This document shows, piece by piece, positions 34,646 to 37,832 of a DNA stretch of 37,832 nucleotides (positions are counted from its first letter, which is position 1; each line of letters begins with the position of its first letter). The DNA lies in assembly GCA_943704415.1 (NCBI GenBank), contig CALSCO010000583.1, positions 1 through 37,832 on the forward strand. The letters are read 5' to 3'. The notes below the pieces were generated by a model. It was given only the letters and a program-made list of their open reading frames with translations. It was not told where the DNA came from and did no database searches. A program made the position numbers and the translations under genes. The stretch comes from Parvularia atlantis (lineage: Eukaryota).

Positions 34646-35657
34646 ATGAGCGCCCGCGCGCCCGCGCACGACGACCTCGACCTCGATCCGCACGAGCGGT
34701 TCGCGCTGTACGACGCGCAGTACTTTGGCGGGGCGCTCGGCGCGGCGGCCGTGACGCTGCGCTGGTCGAGCAAGCTGACGCTGTGCGCCGGGCTGTGCAC
34801 GTACGAGGCGCGGAGCGGCTTCTGCTCGGTCGCGCTGTCCGAGCCGCTGCTCAAGTTCCGCCCGCTGAGCGACCTGATCGACACGATGCTGGTGCGCGTG
34901 CGCGCGCGCACCCGCGGCCGCGCGCACGATGGGCTGCTGATGCGTGGCGCAGCACGAGATGATCCACGCGTACCTCTTCGTGCACCAGCGCAACCGCGAC
35001 CGCGACCGCCACGGGCCCGAGTTCCTGCGGCACATGGACCGCATCAACGCCCTCGCCGGCACGAGCATCAGCGTGTACCACTCGTTCCACGACGAGGTCG
35101 ACCACTACCGCACGCACGTCTGGAAGTGCGACGTGCGCGTCTGACCCAATCGGTATCGTCGTGGTCGTCGTTGTGACGCGCCGCGCGCAGGGACCGTGCC
35201 AGCACCGTCCGCCGTACTTTGGCCTCGTCAAGCGCGCCATGAACCGCCCGCCGCAGCCGGCCGTGCGTGTGCTGCTGCCAAGCGACCGCGCGCACTGATC
35301 GCCGTCGCAGGACTTGTGGTGGGCCGAGCACCTGCGCACGTGCGGCGGGACGTACCACAAGGTTGAGGAGCCGCCGCCCAAGCGCGCCGCAGAGACGGGC
35401 GACGACGGCGGGCCGGCCGCCAAGCAGCCGCGCCGGCCGCCCGCGCCGCTGCCTGGGACGCGCCGGATCGACGTGCGCGCGTCGCTGTTGACGAGCCGTC
35501 CACTGACCGTGAGGTCGCGCAGGACTACTTCAAGCGCGAGCCGCGGGCGGCCACCGACGCCGCGGCCGAGGACCGCCCGGTCTGCCCCGTGTGTGGCATG
35601 CACGTGGACGAGGCCGCGATGAACGCGCACCTAGACGCTTGTCTGGGCGACGGCTGA
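34646..35657 (+). CDS. SPRTN: SprT-family DNA-protein crosslink metalloprotease Spartan with C-terminal UBZ4; 4 introns
   Basis: WSSKLTLCAGLC, LSEPLLKFRP..DLIDTMLHEMIHAYLFV (HExxH), HGPEF, YHSFHDEV..YRTHVWKCDGPC..RPPYFGLVKRAMNRPP, WWAEHLRTCGGTYHKVEEP; UBZ CPVCGMHVDEAAMNAHLDACL. Confidence 0.93.
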
Positions 35658-35818
35658 CTCCTTGTAGCTTGTGCCGTTGTGCGCACAGACACAGACACAG
35701 AACCCGCACAGACATGCTCGTCCCGTCTCTCTCCCACTTCTCCGTCGATCTTTGCCCGGTCTTCGTCGTCCCGTCATCGTCTTGAAGATCTTCTTGCTCG
35801 GTGCACGCGCGCGCACGC

Positions 35819-36814
35819 TCATTCGCCGGCCGGGGGCGCGGGCGGGATCGCGCCCGGTGGCCAGACGCGGCCGCGCGTCTGCGCCTCCTTGGCGCGGTTG
35901 AGCATCTCGCGGCCGTCGGGCAGCTGCAGCATGTAGGCGACGAGAGTCATGAACTGCTTCCATTCGAGTGGGCCGCGCAGGTTCTGTAGGAGGCTGTGCA
36001 GCTCGCGCGGGACCTGCGCAAGTGGGGGGGGGGGGGGGGTCAGCGCAATGGGGCGCGAGGGCAGATGGCGGCGCACCTTGATGCCGAGGCGCGAGCGCTC
36101 GTAGTTGCGCTCGTACTCGCTGCGGAGCAGCAGGTTGTAGTCGTGCGTCGACGGCGTCGAGCCGCTCGACACGGACGAGTTGGGCGAGGCCGCGCCGGAC
36201 GCGCCGATCGTGTGCACGACCACCGACACGTCCGGCCAGGCCCCGTTGGGCAGTGCGCGGAGGGGCGATGCGCCGGCCGGCGACGCGGCGCCCGACGCGG
36301 AGGGGGCGGCGGCGGACCCTTCCCCTGCTGCTGCTGCTGCTGCTCCGCTGCCGCCTCCTCTTCTTCCTCCTCCTCCTCCTCCGTCGCTGGCCGCGGCCGA
36401 CCCGTGGCCGTTGACGGCCGTCGACGCCGACGCCGCCGCTCGCCCGCGCGCCCCCGCGGCGGCGGCCGGCCCGCGCTTGCGCACCGTGCGCGCGGGCGGC
36501 GCCATCGCCCCGTCGTCGTCGGCCGGCCGCTTTGTCCCCGTGGCCACGACGCCGTCGGCGGGGCTCCTGCGGGATGCGCGACGTGCGCGGCTCAGCGGCG
36601 GAGGGAAGTGGTGCAGACGGGCGCGTGGCGCACCCGGGCACACTGCCCTCGGACGGCAGCTGCGTCAGCGCGAGCAGCGTCTCGGCCGCGCTGCGTCGCC
36701 GTTGCTGGTGCGCGGGGCGCGGGGCGTGGGGTGCGGCGGAGGGGGCGGCGCGCGTGAGCCACAAGGGGGGCAGGACAAGGCGGCCCTCACGTCGCGCGCT
36801 GTTGGCTCCTGCAT
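35819..36814 (-). CDS. Unknown, probably nuclear protein (low-complexity linker, bipartite NLS-like sequence, compact C-terminal domain)
   Basis: Three GT-AG introns join MQEPTARD|QRRRSAAETLLALTQL...G|SPADGVVATGTKRPADDDGAMAPPARTVRKR...YERSRLGIK|VPRELHSLLQNLRGPLEWKQFMTLVAYMLQL. Both ends are uncertain. Confidence 0.6.
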
Positions 36815-36953
36815 GGGTGCGCCGGTGTGCGTGCAAGTGTGCGTTGGTGCGCAACGCGCGTGTACAGGCCATGCGAGCACGTTCCGCTCGATGCGCTACG
36901 CGCGGCTGCGCCACCACCAGCGCAAGCACCACGTTCAATGCGCTGCTACAGGG

Positions 36954-37832
36954 CTACGAAACAACAGGGCTCGTCGAACGCACGAGCACCGCGATCACGT
37001 ACGTGCTGAACTCGGCCTCGCGCTGCACGGCGTCGAGCAGCGGCGCCTGCGGTGACCGCCCATCCCTGTTAGCGATTCGCCGGCAGACGCGCCACACCGC
37101 GCCACGCACGCTGATGTGCCCGTGCGCAAACTCCCCCGGCGGCAGCAGGTACAGTGTCGCGTTGGGCACGTGCGCGATCCCGGCCGCGTTCTTGTCCAGC
37201 AGGTACTGGATGAACATCTGCCGCAGCATCGACCACTGTGTGTCCATCTCGCCCGGGTCGTCCGCGTGCGGCGTCACGAGCGCCACGACGTGGTCCGTCT
37301 CTGTGCGCAGCTGCATGTTGAGGCCTGGTCGCCCGGGGCGGTCAGCGCGCCGACGTCGTGGCTGCCACCCCCGGCCCCGCACGCACGCTCGCACTGGACC
37401 GGGTCGAGCGCCATGCGCTGCGTTGTCTGCAGCGGCGCGTCGCTCGGCACCTGGCAAATCGACAGCGCGGGGAACCTGCACGCCGGTGTGCCGCGCATCA
37501 GCATTCGCGATGAGCCTGCGCACGGCCACGCACGCAGGGTTGCCGCGCAGCAAGAACATGCGGATCTTGATGTGCACCGACTTGAACGCGAGCAGGCCCC
37601 GCCAGAACAGCGCCTGCCGCAGCGCGATCATCGGCTCGTACGGCGGCGCGGGCTCGTGCGGCGGCGTGATGGCTGCGCGCCTCGTCAGCAGGAGCGTTTG
37701 GGTGGTCGACGGGCACCGCACCGGTCACGGTCGGCGCGGCGTACTCCATCGGCGCGGCGTGGTGCTGCGGCGGGTACGCGTGCTCGCCCCGGCGCCAGAC
37801 CGAGCTTCCTGCTGCACGGGGGAGGGGGGGAG
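36954..37832 (-). CDS. SPOC-domain protein (Spen/RBM15-like), 3' part only
   Basis: FWRGLLAFKS...MFLLRGNP, LNMQLR, HVVALVTP, LRQMFIQYLLDKNAAGIAHV...LYLLPPGEFA, YVIAVLVR match the Spen-type SPOC pattern; stop at 36954-36956. Confidence 0.78.

Noticed and set aside
48..37832. Frameshifted pseudogenes, recoding or a variant genetic code suggested by fragmented ORFs
   Set aside because: Every break I examined is resolved by a short GT-AG or GC-AG intron, and the genes end at TAA, TAG or TGA normally.

Overview
This is a GC-rich, very gene-dense and intron-dense eukaryotic nuclear region. A unicellular opisthokont is plausible (nuclear ATP synthase alpha, Chk1, STRA6-like gene, stand-alone FPGT), but that is inference. 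The six-frame ORFs are mostly exon fragments or antisense shadows. Manual splicing of ~45-65 nt introns (GTGCGY donor, CTSAC-like branch point, YAG acceptor) gives about 17 protein genes. In order: DEAH helicase (DHX33-like, partial), orphan 7TM protein, FPGT, stand-alone LolD-type ABC ATPase, CHK1, bZIP factor, PEX2, ATP synthase alpha, M14A carboxypeptidase, STRA6-like protein, M14B carboxypeptidase, SEC16, a small orphan, an IQ-DH-PH-SH3 RhoGEF, a Deg/HtrA protease, SPRTN, a possible ribbon-helix-helix-like nuclear protein and a partial SPOC protein. There is also an intron-containing tRNA-Thr(CGT). The most notable observations are: (1) a 274-nt, lower-GC, highly structured intron in ATP synthase alpha that looks like it hosts an unannotated H/ACA-like ncRNA; (2) same-strand genes separated by only 14-49 nt, and a tRNA ending 32 nt before the PEX2 ATG, suggesting polycistronic or nested transcription; (3) many GC-AG introns; (4) a STRA6 homologue between two carboxypeptidases. 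Exon boundaries were reconstructed by eye, so gene ends are approximate where stated.
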